From positions 17,653 to 81,652 of the forward strand of contig CAYNHF010000021.1 in the NCBI GenBank assembly GCA_964397045.1: DNA of 64,000 nucleotides. The letters are read 5' to 3'. The translations under genes and the position numbers were made by a program. The notes beneath the pieces were generated by a model. The model searched no databases. It saw nothing but the letters and a program-made list of their open reading frames with translations, and was not told the DNA's origin. The DNA is from an uncultured Acidimicrobiaceae bacterium (GTDB lineage: Bacteria; Actinomycetota; Acidimicrobiia; Spongiisociales; UBA5794). Below, in pieces: positions 29,274-37,775 of this stretch (the first letter of the stretch is position 1; the number at the start of each line of letters is the position of its first letter).

Positions 29274-29440
29274 GGCCCGAGCGCCCGGCTGGCTCGTTGA
29301 ACCGGCCGGGCGGTCGAGCTACTCGGACTCTCCAGGGGGGACGAGAGAGTCCGAGGCCCGCGACATGTCGCTGACCACCCGGAACGCTAGGGAGACCGGT
29401 TTCGACAGCGAGTCGAAAAACCCGTCGCCACACCGGTCCC
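29274..29440. other. multi-hairpin structured intergenic region between mgtE and selD
   Basis: Stems 29282-29292/29302-29312, 29322-29332/29345-29355, palindrome 29360-29371, GACCGGT/ACCGGTC enclosing TTCGAC/GTCGAA. Confidence 0.5.
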
Positions 29441-29506
29441 CTCCCCATCCTTTGCGCCGTACACTCCTTCCCGATCTCGAGGCTCATTAGAACGGGGGGA
29501 GGTGAC

Positions 29507-30574
29507 ATGGTGAAACGGCTCACACAGTTCTCCCACGGCGCCGGTTGAGCATGCAAGCTCAGCGCTGATGAGCTGGCGCAGGTCCTGCGCCGATTGGACA
29601 ATCAACCCTCGACGATGCACCCCGACCTCCTGATCGGGATGCGCGAATCAGACGACGCCGGCGTGTACCGCATCGCCGACGACCTGGCCCTAGTCCAAAC
29701 CGTCGACTTCTTCACTCCCATCGTGGACGAGCCCCGCGATTGGGGACGTATAGTCGCGGCCAACGCCCTGTCAGACGTGTACGCAATGGGCGGCCGCCCA
29801 CTCACCGCTCTCCAGGTGGTGGGATGGCCGCGCGATTCTCTCCCACTCGACATGCTCGGCGAGGTACTCGAAGGCGCCGCCTCGATACTCGAGGCCGCGG
29901 CGTGCACGCTTGTTGGAGGTCACACCATCGATGATCCCGAGCCAAAGTTCGGGATGGCGGTCACCGGCCTGATCCATCCGGACGACATCATCAGCAACGA
30001 GGCGATTCGGCCTGGAGATGCTCTCGTGCTCACCAAACCGATCGGCACCGGGCTCATTACGACCGCGATCAAGCGGGGGCAGGCTTCACCCGCCGAACGA
30101 GACGCCGCGGTCGCCTCCATGGCGGCGCTCAACGTCGGGGCGGCCGATGCGATGCGGCGGGTCGGAGCGAAGGCGGCCACCGACGTCACCGGATTCGGTT
30201 TGCTCGGGCACCTGGGTGAGATGCTTCGCGCCGGTGGTTGCAGCGCAGAGTTGGACCTCGCGGCTATCCCCATCCTGCCGGGTGCCCGCAACTATGCGGC
30301 TGCCGATGTGGTGCCCGGCGGAACCAGGCGCAATCTGGCTGCTGCATCGCGATTCACCGTCTTCGGCGACGCCGAAGATGCCGATCAGATTCTGCTGGCA
30401 GACGCCCAGACAAGTGGAGGCCTCCTTATCGCAGTCGAGGCGCCGCTCGAAGCTGCCCTGCTGCAGGCCCTGGAAGAGGAGGAAGTGATGGCGGTACCTG
30501 TGGGGCGGGTGACCGAGCGGTCGTTCGAAGACGGCCCCAGTGGTCGCATCCTGGTGATTCCCGGTCATGGGTGA
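29507..30574 (+). CDS. selD: selenide, water dikinase, selenocysteine-containing (in-frame UGA at 29546-29548)
   Basis: GGAGG RBS, ATG 29507, [18 protein letters not shown] in frame with [56 protein letters not shown]. Confidence 0.93.
29555..29574 (+). promoter_or_regulatory. candidate bacterial SECIS hairpin
   Basis: AAGCTCA-GCGCTGA-TGAGCT stem-loop just 3' of the UGA, loop beginning with G. Confidence 0.5.
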
Positions 30575-30998
30575 CGTTGGACCCGACCGTCTCGACGCCA
30601 TCGCGGACGCGCTGAGCATCGGGCGACTGCGTCACCATGTCATATTGTGCGCAGAGCAGTCGACGCCACGCTGCAGCGGCTACGAGGAGAGTGCCGCGGT
30701 GTGGCGACACCTGAAAGCGAGGCTCAAGGAGTTGGGTCTGGCTTCGGCGCCTCCGACTTGGCGCGGGAGTGACATGAGCGACGCTCCGCCCCCGCACGAA
30801 ACCGGGCGCGGCGAGGTGCTCCGCACCAAGGCCGACTGTCTGCGGGTCTGTGAGCAGGGACCGATCTGCGTCGTGTATCCCGAGGGGGTGTGGTACCACT
30901 CGGTCACCCTGGAAGTGATGGAACGGATCATCGTTGAACACCTCGTTGCAGGGGCACCTGTGGAGGAGAATCGGTTCGCATTGGACGATCTCGAGTAA
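30567..30998 (+). CDS. thioredoxin-like [2Fe-2S] ferredoxin
   Basis: ILC......RC and [21 protein letters not shown]; overlaps the selD stop by 8 nt. Confidence 0.85.
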   Translation: MGDVGPDRLDAIADALSIGRLRHHVILCAEQSTPRCSGYEESAAVWRHLKARLKELGLASAPPTWRGSDMSDAPPPHETGRGEVLRTKADCLRVCEQGPICVVYPEGVWYHSVTLEVMERIIVEHLVAGAPVEENRFALDDLE

Positions 30999-31042
30999 CC
31001 CCCCCGGTTCTCCATTCACAGAACGCACCTAGGCTTTGGGCC

Positions 31043-31966
31043 ATGAGATTGCTTCGTCGCCTGGCAGCAGCCGCGCTCGGCTCATGGCTGACGTGGCGCC
31101 TCTTCGGGCCCGAGATGATTCCGCGGTTCCTCCCCCCGCAGCAACGGCCGATCCGGGTGCCCGGCCGGACCATTTTCGTAGGTGAGCACGAACTGTTCGT
31201 CAGGGAGATCGGTCCCGAGGAGGCTCCGCCCCTGGTGCTGGTCCACGGGTGGTCGTTCGATGGGGAGATGGCCTTCTATCGGCTCATTCCCGAGCTGGTC
31301 GATCATTTCCGGGTGATCGTCCCTGATCACCGAAACCATGGAAAGTCAGACTGGATCCGGGGCCACTACGAGGTAGCAGATCTCGCAGATGAACTCGCTG
31401 GGATCCTCGACGCGGTCGGCTGTGAGCGCGCCACCGTTGTCGGCTATTCGCTCGGCGGGATGGTGGCGCAGGAACTGGCCCGCCGCCACCCCCGTCACGT
31501 CAAGCGCCTCATGCTCATCGCCACGGCAGCGCGCCCAGTAGCAGAGCACCGCTGGACGGCACGGATTGGCATGGTGTTGGCTCGGGCCGTGGCACGAGTC
31601 AGCGTCCGCGAGATGACGGCGGTCTCTCTCGGAATCCTGCGCCGGGCGACTGCGCTCGATCCGCACCATGAGCGCTGGCTGTGGCAATCGCTGTTGCGGC
31701 GAGATCCCACCCTGTACTTCGAGGCAGGTGCCGCGGTGTGGCGGTTCGACTCGACGAAATGGGTCGGGCGGCTGGACGTGCCGACTTGCGTTGTCATCAC
31801 GACTGAAGATCAGTTGATGCCGGTGGCGGCGCAGTATGAGCTGGCAGGGAGGCTACCTGCAGCGGAAGTGGTCGAGCTGGTCGGAGCACGTCACGAAGCG
31901 GTCTACGACCGCGCAGACGAGATCGTCAAAGAGATTGTTGCGTTTGCCGCGGCGGAAGCCGAGTGA
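31043..31966 (+). CDS. alpha/beta hydrolase
   Basis: LVHGW, DHRNHGKS, nucleophile elbow GYSLGG, EDQL, HEA. Confidence 0.85.
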   Translation: MRLLRRLAAAALGSWLTWRLFGPEMIPRFLPPQQRPIRVPGRTIFVGEHELFVREIGPEEAPPLVLVHGWSFDGEMAFYRLIPELVDHFRVIVPDHRNHGKSDWIRGHYEVADLADELAGILDAVGCERATVVGYSLGGMVAQELARRHPRHVKRLMLIATAARPVAEHRWTARIGMVLARAVARVSVREMTAVSLGILRRATALDPHHERWLWQSLLRRDPTLYFEAGAAVWRFDSTKWVGRLDVPTCVVITTEDQLMPVAAQYELAGRLPAAEVVELVGARHEAVYDRADEIVKEIVAFAAAEAE

Positions 31967-32955
31967 TGGCCGGCGCCGGGTACCCTTCTGCAGTGTCTTC
32001 CGGCTCCTCTGCTTCTGACCCCTCGCTCGCCCAACGCCGATTTCTCTGGCTGGTGTGGGTGGTCCTCGCGTTCACTGTGGTGGTGATCGTCAGCGGTGAT
32101 GTCGTGCAGGCGACTTCGTCGGGGGCCGGCTGCGGTGAGAGCTGGCCGCGGTGCGATGGGGCGCTGCTCCCCGGTCTCAATGACCAGGCAACGGTGGTGG
32201 AGTTCGTTCATCGGATGCTCACCACTGCGCTCAGTATCGGTTTCGTGGTGATGCTGGTCGCCGCCTGGCGTTTGTACGGAACCTCACACCGGGTGTTCAA
32301 GGCGAGTGCGTGGGCCTCGGTGTTTCTGGTGCTCGAGATCCTGATCGGCGCCGCGCTCGTGTTGTTCGGCTGGGTGGAGGACGATGCCTCGGTGGGTCGC
32401 GTTGTCGCGGACGCGGCCCACGTTGTGAACACGTTCCTCATGGTTGCGGCGCTGACGCTGACTGCCTTCTTTGCGGGCGGGGGCCGCTCATTGCCCCGCG
32501 ACGACCCGAGACGAGGGCGCTTGCTCGGGGGTGCGACCATCATCGTCATCGTTGCCATAACCGGAACGATCAACTCACTTGCGGATACGCTCGCCGTGAC
32601 AGAGTCGGTGGACCTGGATACCACGCCTGTCGCCGGGCTGCTGGTGGCGGTACGAGGCGTGCACCCGTTCTTCGCGATCCTGGGCGGCTTGGCTGTATTC
32701 GCGATCGTGAGATCGCTGACCAGCGGCGCTGCGCGGGTGGTCCTGCTGAGCCGGGCCGTCCAGGTCATAATCGTCGCTCAGTTTGTGGTCGGCATTTCCA
32801 ACATTGCGCTCCTGACCCCGATGGAGACACAGGTGGCGCACCTGCTGCTGGCAGATGCGCTCTGGATCGTCTATATCCTGTTTGCTGCGACCCTGCTGAC
32901 CACGGCGGAGACCGGCGTCGGTTCTGTTCAGCCTCGAGAACGCGCAGACCGATGA
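31966..32955 (+). CDS. ctaA: heme A synthase (COX15/CtaA family)
   Basis: GAGCGESWPRCDG, EFVHR, conserved His in helices; adjacent to ctaB. Confidence 0.85.
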   Translation: MAGAGYPSAVSSGSSASDPSLAQRRFLWLVWVVLAFTVVVIVSGDVVQATSSGAGCGESWPRCDGALLPGLNDQATVVEFVHRMLTTALSIGFVVMLVAAWRLYGTSHRVFKASAWASVFLVLEILIGAALVLFGWVEDDASVGRVVADAAHVVNTFLMVAALTLTAFFAGGGRSLPRDDPRRGRLLGGATIIVIVAITGTINSLADTLAVTESVDLDTTPVAGLLVAVRGVHPFFAILGGLAVFAIVRSLTSGAARVVLLSRAVQVIIVAQFVVGISNIALLTPMETQVAHLLLADALWIVYILFAATLLTTAETGVGSVQPRERADR

Positions 32956-33860
32956 GCGCTCCCGACGTTCGCATCACCGACCCACACGATGCTTCGGGTG
33001 GCGGTTGGAAGCTCGTGAAGACATATGTGGAACTCACCAAGCCGCGCATCATCGAGCTGCTTCTGATCACCACGGTTCCCGCCATGATCGTTGCAGCAGC
33101 CGGATGGCCTGGACTGTGGCTGGTGGTCGCCACGCTCCTCGGAGGCACCCTCTCTGCCGGCGGAGCGAACACTATCAACAGCGTTGTGGATCGCGACATC
33201 GACCGCATCATGCGCCGCACGCGGCGCCGTCCGCTGCCGACGGCACGGGTCGAGACGCAGCCCGCGCTGCTGTTTGGGATCGCGCTGGGTGTCGCCGGGT
33301 TCGGCTGGCTCTGGCTCACTACGAACCTGCTCGCAGCCGTGCTCTCGACACTCGGCCTGATCTTCTACGTGGTGGTCTACTCCCTGTGGCTCAAGCGTTC
33401 TTCTCCGCAGAACATCGTCATTGGAGGTGCCGCAGGCGCGGTGCCCGTGTTGGTGGGTTGGGCGGCGGTGACCGGGACGCTGGCATTGCCGGCCTGGGTG
33501 TTGTTCGCCATCGTGTTCTTCTGGACGCCGCCCCACTTCTGGGCACTCTCGCTGCGCTACCGGGACGACTACGCGGCGGCCGGCGTGCCGATGCTGCCTG
33601 TTGTGGCGGGCACCGAGAGAACGATCGAGCACATTGTCACCTACACGTACGTGATGGTCGGAGTATCGCTGCTCCTCTACCCGACCGGGGCGGTCGGCCT
33701 TCTCTATCTGGCGGCTGCGACGGCCCTCGGAGCCTGGATGATTGCTCGTGCCAGGCGGCTCCGGCGGTTCCCTGGTGAGGTCATGAGGTTCTTCGCCTAC
33801 TCAAACGCGTACCTGGCCGCGCTCTTCGTGGCGATGGCCGTGGATGTCCTGGTCACCTGA
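32952..33860 (+). CDS. ctaB: protoheme IX farnesyltransferase (heme O synthase)
   Basis: LTKPRII, DRDIDRIMRRTRRRPLP, NIVIGGAAGA, WTPPHFWAL, DDYAAAGVPMLP. Confidence 0.93.
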   Translation: MSAPDVRITDPHDASGGGWKLVKTYVELTKPRIIELLLITTVPAMIVAAAGWPGLWLVVATLLGGTLSAGGANTINSVVDRDIDRIMRRTRRRPLPTARVETQPALLFGIALGVAGFGWLWLTTNLLAAVLSTLGLIFYVVVYSLWLKRSSPQNIVIGGAAGAVPVLVGWAAVTGTLALPAWVLFAIVFFWTPPHFWALSLRYRDDYAAAGVPMLPVVAGTERTIEHIVTYTYVMVGVSLLLYPTGAVGLLYLAAATALGAWMIARARRLRRFPGEVMRFFAYSNAYLAALFVAMAVDVLVT

Positions 33861-33899
33861 TCCGGTAGGACCTGTGCGGCCACTCGGTAGGCTCGTCCC

Positions 33900-34097
33900 A
33901 TGACCGCAGCCGAGACCGTCATTCTGGTTTTGGGAAGTGTGCTCGTCGTCGCCGGTTTGGCGGTGATAGTCACTCGTGAGACAACATCCGAGCCGTGGCG
34001 CAGCATCGAGCCACGCTTCCGTCAGCTGATTGAGGTTCTCTTGCCGGTGCTCGGTGCCGCGCTGTTGCTGGGCGCACTGTGGGCCGGGGTTGGGTGA
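33900..34097 (+). CDS. small two-helix membrane protein
   Basis: Two hydrophobic segments; TAGGCT 6 nt before ATG. Confidence 0.65.
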   Translation: MTAAETVILVLGSVLVVAGLAVIVTRETTSEPWRSIEPRFRQLIEVLLPVLGAALLLGALWAGVG

Positions 34098-34106
34098 GTC
34101 GCGGAC

Positions 34107-35165
34107 GTGCACGCAAGCGACACCGCGCCGATTCGCCCGGAAGAGCGATTCGACGAGGAAGCCGTGGCCACGTATCTGCGTGATCATCTGCCCGAACGCG
34201 TGGGTCGAGATGGCGACATCGCCTTCGACCAATTTCCGGGCGGTGCAGCCAATCTGACCTACCGGGCGATCACGGAAGGAGGCGAGTACGTGCTGCGGCG
34301 AGCACCACTCGGTGAAGTGGCAGCCGGGGCCCACGACATGACCCGGGAGTTTCAGGTCCTTTCCCAACTCTGGCGGGCCTTTCCCAAGGCTCCACGTGCC
34401 TACCACCTGTGCGAGGACGGGTCGGTGATGGGCAAACCCTTCCTCGTCATGGAGCGTAGGCACGGTTGGGTTATCCGCAGCGAGTGGCCTCGAGCCTGGG
34501 CTTCGGACGATGCGGCGATTCGGAACGTGCTCGCCACTGATCTGGTGACCACGTTGGGTGAACTGCATCTCGTTGACCCTGACACGGTTGACCTGGGTCG
34601 ACTGGGTCGACCGGACGGCTTTGTCGCCAGACAGGTGGCGGGCTGGCGAGCACGGTGGGAAGCGGCACAGACCAGGCATGTCGACGACCTCGACGCGGTC
34701 TCCGGAATGCTCGAGACCTCCCTGCCCGAACCGCAGGCCGCAGCGTTGCTCCACAACGACTACAAGCTGGACAACACGATGGTGGGCGGCGGGGGAGAAG
34801 TTGTCGCGGTATTCGACTGGGACATGGCCACTCTGGGTGACCCTCTTGTCGACTTTGGCACCCTGTTGGCGTACTGGCCGGATCCGGACAGTCCCTCGTA
34901 CCCGGTCTTCGGCGAGCGGGCGGTAGCGCTGGCTCCGTACCTCTCGAAATCGGACGCGCGGCGCATCTATGCCCGGGTAACGGGGTTCGATGTCTCGGGC
35001 ATCGAGTTCTACGAAGGGCTCGCGTTGTACCGCATTGCGGTGATCATCGAGCAGATCTATGCCAGGTATGCGGCCGGTCAGACCACAGATGAACGCTTCG
35101 CCCGTTTCGAACCGGTGGCTCCCCTGCTCGGGGCTGCCGCCCGCAGGACGCTCGAGACCCGCTGA
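34107..35165 (+). CDS. phosphotransferase (APH/ACAD10-11 N-domain-like)
   Basis: GGAANLTY, AHDMTRE, LHNDYKLDN, FDWDMATLGDPLVD. Confidence 0.88.
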   Translation: MHASDTAPIRPEERFDEEAVATYLRDHLPERVGRDGDIAFDQFPGGAANLTYRAITEGGEYVLRRAPLGEVAAGAHDMTREFQVLSQLWRAFPKAPRAYHLCEDGSVMGKPFLVMERRHGWVIRSEWPRAWASDDAAIRNVLATDLVTTLGELHLVDPDTVDLGRLGRPDGFVARQVAGWRARWEAAQTRHVDDLDAVSGMLETSLPEPQAAALLHNDYKLDNTMVGGGGEVVAVFDWDMATLGDPLVDFGTLLAYWPDPDSPSYPVFGERAVALAPYLSKSDARRIYARVTGFDVSGIEFYEGLALYRIAVIIEQIYARYAAGQTTDERFARFEPVAPLLGAAARRTLETR

Positions 35166-35244
35166 CCGGCAATGCGCCTTCCGAGGTCCGGGGGCCGCTT
35201 CCGCCCGGTTGCCAAGGGGGGGGTCCGGGGGTACATTGGCCTCG

Positions 35245-35316
35245 ATGACGACGTGCCACCGCTTCTTTGCGTATCTCTTTACCGGGTCACTGGCCCGGGC
35301 AGAGACGACGCGCTGA
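35245..35316 (+). CDS. putative Phe/Tyr leader peptide MTTCHRFFAYLFTGSLARAETTR
   Basis: F-F-A-Y-L-F cluster (TTC TTT GCG TAT CTC TTT); TACATT 7 nt before its ATG; followed by a terminator-like hairpin. Confidence 0.7.
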   Translation: MTTCHRFFAYLFTGSLARAETTR

Positions 35317-35340
35317 ACCACGCCACAGCCGCCATCCGAA

Positions 35341-35376
35341 AGCCCGAAGCCAGCAGCGGCTTCGGGTTCTTGCATT
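35341..35376 (+). terminator. attenuator terminator
   Basis: AGCCCGAAGCC-agcagc-GGCTTCGGGTT then CTTGCATT, between the leader stop and the RBS of the 35405 gene. Confidence 0.7.
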
Positions 35377-35404
35377 CCCGGGCCGCCAGACCAGGAGCAC
35401 CATC

Positions 35405-36529
35405 ATGACCGAGAGCGGTCCCAGGGAGCCGACGCTCAAAAGCCATCGTCGGCCGGATATCGAAACCACCGTCGTTGCGGTTGGCAACGTCAGGTTTGGC
35501 GACGGGTCGTATCCGGTCCTTGCCGGGCCCGTTGCCGTCGAGAGCGAGGAGCAGATTCTGGTCACGGCTCGCTCCACCGTCGCATCCGGCGCCTCGGTCC
35601 TGCGCGCCGGCACGTACCGGGCGGAGACCTCTCCCTACCGATTCCCGGGCTTGGGAGAAGAAGGGCTGTGGCTGCTGGAACACGCCGGGCATGACACCGG
35701 GCTACCCACCTCGTCCGAAGTGCTGGAGCCGGGCCACGTTGATCAGGTGGCAGACCACGTTGATGTCATCGAGGTAGGGGCGGACAACATGGCGAACTTC
35801 GTTCTGTTGCGCGCAGCAGGGGCGACCGGCCTGCCGGTCATTCTGCATCGGTCTCCAGCCGCCACGATCGACGAGTGGCTCATGGCTGCCGAATACATCC
35901 TCGACGAGGGGAATGACCAGGTGGTGCTGTGCGAACGAGGGAGCAGGACCTTCGATCCGAGGACGTCAGACACCATCGACATCTCTGCGGTGCCGGTGGT
36001 GCAGCGCCTCAGCCATCTACCCGTCATCATCGATCCGGCGCCTGCTGAGGGCGGTCTCGACCTGTTGGCGCCGCTCGCCATTGCCGGCCGCAGCGTCGGC
36101 GCCGATGGCCTGATCGTCGCCGTCCACCCCGATCCCGATACCGCGAAGGCTGGGAATGGCAGCCAGATCACTCCGGCAGCATTCAGCAAGCTGATGGAGT
36201 CGCTGGGTATCCCGATGCTGCGGGACGAGATCGATCGCATCGACCGCGAACTCGTCAAGCTCGTCGCCCGCCGCCTTCACAGCTCCATCGAGATCGCTTT
36301 GATCAAAGCGGCGCGCGGCCTGTCCCTACGCACTCCGGCGCGCGAGGCGGAGTTGATCGCCGAGGCTCGAGGCGATGCCGAGCATCTCGGCGTCGATCCC
36401 GGCTATGTGGAGGATTTGATGCAGCTCGTCCTCGATCACAGTCGCAAAGCCCAACGCGCAGCACTCGTGGAAGTCGACGAGAGCCACGCGGCAGCTGAGG
36501 AACTCGCGGATGATGCCGGCAGTGACTAG
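35405..36529 (+). CDS. degenerate DAHP-synthase-like domain fused to a C-terminal AroQ chorismate mutase
   Basis: Collinear with aroF (TSPY.F.GLGEEGL, NMANF, EWL.AAEY, CERG, DISAVPV) but catalytic residues replaced; CM from ~36215: LRDEIDRID, ARR, IK, PARE, SRKAQ. Confidence 0.88.
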   Translation: MTESGPREPTLKSHRRPDIETTVVAVGNVRFGDGSYPVLAGPVAVESEEQILVTARSTVASGASVLRAGTYRAETSPYRFPGLGEEGLWLLEHAGHDTGLPTSSEVLEPGHVDQVADHVDVIEVGADNMANFVLLRAAGATGLPVILHRSPAATIDEWLMAAEYILDEGNDQVVLCERGSRTFDPRTSDTIDISAVPVVQRLSHLPVIIDPAPAEGGLDLLAPLAIAGRSVGADGLIVAVHPDPDTAKAGNGSQITPAAFSKLMESLGIPMLRDEIDRIDRELVKLVARRLHSSIEIALIKAARGLSLRTPAREAELIAEARGDAEHLGVDPGYVEDLMQLVLDHSRKAQRAALVEVDESHAAAEELADDAGSD

Positions 36530-36625
36530 TCATGGTGGGACGGCGGTATTGAGCCTCTTGTTCGGCCTGGTCCGAGCCGATGACTAGTACGTGCAATCAG
36601 TTTCGATCTGCGGAGCGACCCGCCC

Positions 36626-37129
36626 ATGCAGTTGACCTCCGAGCCGACCGCGATGTCTCCCATTGAACTGGAGGCGAACGCGGCCCACCTGACTGTGGTC
36701 GACCGCGACGCGACCGACGACCTCGGCGCGGCCGCCGTGCTCGCCGAAGCTGAAGCAGAAGCTGACCGCATCCGAGCAGCCGCGAAACGCGACGCCCTCC
36801 AGATGTACAGCTCGGCGAGTACAGACGCTCGAGAACTCATCGAGAACGCACAGGCCGAGGCGGCGCAGATCATCCAGGCTGCTCGGGACGAAGCTGCTGC
36901 CGTCGCAGCGCCCGAGCCTGTAGCCGCGGTGCCGGCAGCGGAGACACGCCCGATGTCTCCCTACGACATTGTCGATGAAGCAGAGCCGGAGACGCCTTCA
37001 CCCTTCGACGAGCCTGAACGTGTCTCCAGGTATGCCAAGCACGCGGCTGAGATTCCCCACCTGGGCGAAGCAGCCGGCCGCGACGCGGTGGCTACTGCTA
37101 CGTCGTTGCGGGATCTGCTTCGCAGGTAG
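36626..37129 (+). CDS. short coiled-coil protein sharing a C-terminal motif with the 436-2436 protein
   Basis: AEAEAEADRIRAAA/AEAAQIIQAA repeats; SRYAKHAAEIPHLG...SLR. Confidence 0.7.
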   Translation: MQLTSEPTAMSPIELEANAAHLTVVDRDATDDLGAAAVLAEAEAEADRIRAAAKRDALQMYSSASTDARELIENAQAEAAQIIQAARDEAAAVAAPEPVAAVPAAETRPMSPYDIVDEAEPETPSPFDEPERVSRYAKHAAEIPHLGEAAGRDAVATATSLRDLLRR

Positions 37130-37175
37130 CTGGCGCTCTCCCCCGCAGGTAGCGCCGGCTCAGACCATTCCGCCA

Positions 37176-37775
37176 TCAGGGGCTTGGTCGGTCGAACCGG
37201 CTCCGCGCCGCCTCGACTTCCGCGTAAGCGAAACAGGCAGGCATGTGGTCGTTGATGATGCCCATGGCCTGCATGAATGCATGGAGGGTGGTGGGGCCGA
37301 CGAAGGTGAATCCCCTCCGCTTCAAGTCCTTTGCCATCGCCTTCGACTCGGGGCTGGTGGCCGCCGGGCGCCCGTAGTCTGCCGGCTCGTAACTCCAGAA
37401 ATACGCCCCGAGGGTCCCGTACTCCGTGACCAGCGCCTGAGCCATCCGGGCATTGTTGATGGTGGACTCGATTTTTCCACGGTGTCTGATGATTGCCTCG
37501 TCCTGCACCAGCCGTTCGACGTCTCGTTCCGTCATTCCCGCTACCCGGTTGTAGTCGAACCCGAAGAAGGCAGCCCGAAACCCTTCGCGGCGGCGCAGGA
37601 TCGTGAGCCAGCTGAGGCCACTCTGGAACCCCTCGAGGCACAGCTTCTCGAAGAGCCGAAACTCATTCGATTCGGGGCGGCCCCACTCGGTGTCGTGATA
37701 GCTGATGTAGTCGACTGCAGTGGTACCCCACTGGCATCGGGTGATTCCGTCTTCATCAGTGACGACCTCAGGCAT
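37176..37775 (-). CDS. tag: DNA-3-methyladenine glycosylase I
   Basis: RCQW, YHDTEWG, LEGFQSGLSW, IIRHRGKI, FVGPTT, NDHMPAC. Confidence 0.93.
   Translation of the reverse strand: MPEVVTDEDGITRCQWGTTAVDYISYHDTEWGRPESNEFRLFEKLCLEGFQSGLSWLTILRRREGFRAAFFGFDYNRVAGMTERDVERLVQDEAIIRHRGKIESTINNARMAQALVTEYGTLGAYFWSYEPADYGRPAATSPESKAMAKDLKRRGFTFVGPTTLHAFMQAMGIINDHMPACFAYAEVEAARSRFDRPSP

Noticed and set aside
29216-29506. M-box or yybP-ykoY riboswitch
   Set aside because: Their conserved segments are not recognisable on either strand; kept only as an unassigned structure
340-36588. CTAGTCA/TGACTAG upstream of both coiled-coil genes (340, 36523, 36581) as a shared operator
   Set aside because: One copy is the upstream gene's stop codon, and the same 7-mer arises from overlapping stops at 44920; the evidence is too weak
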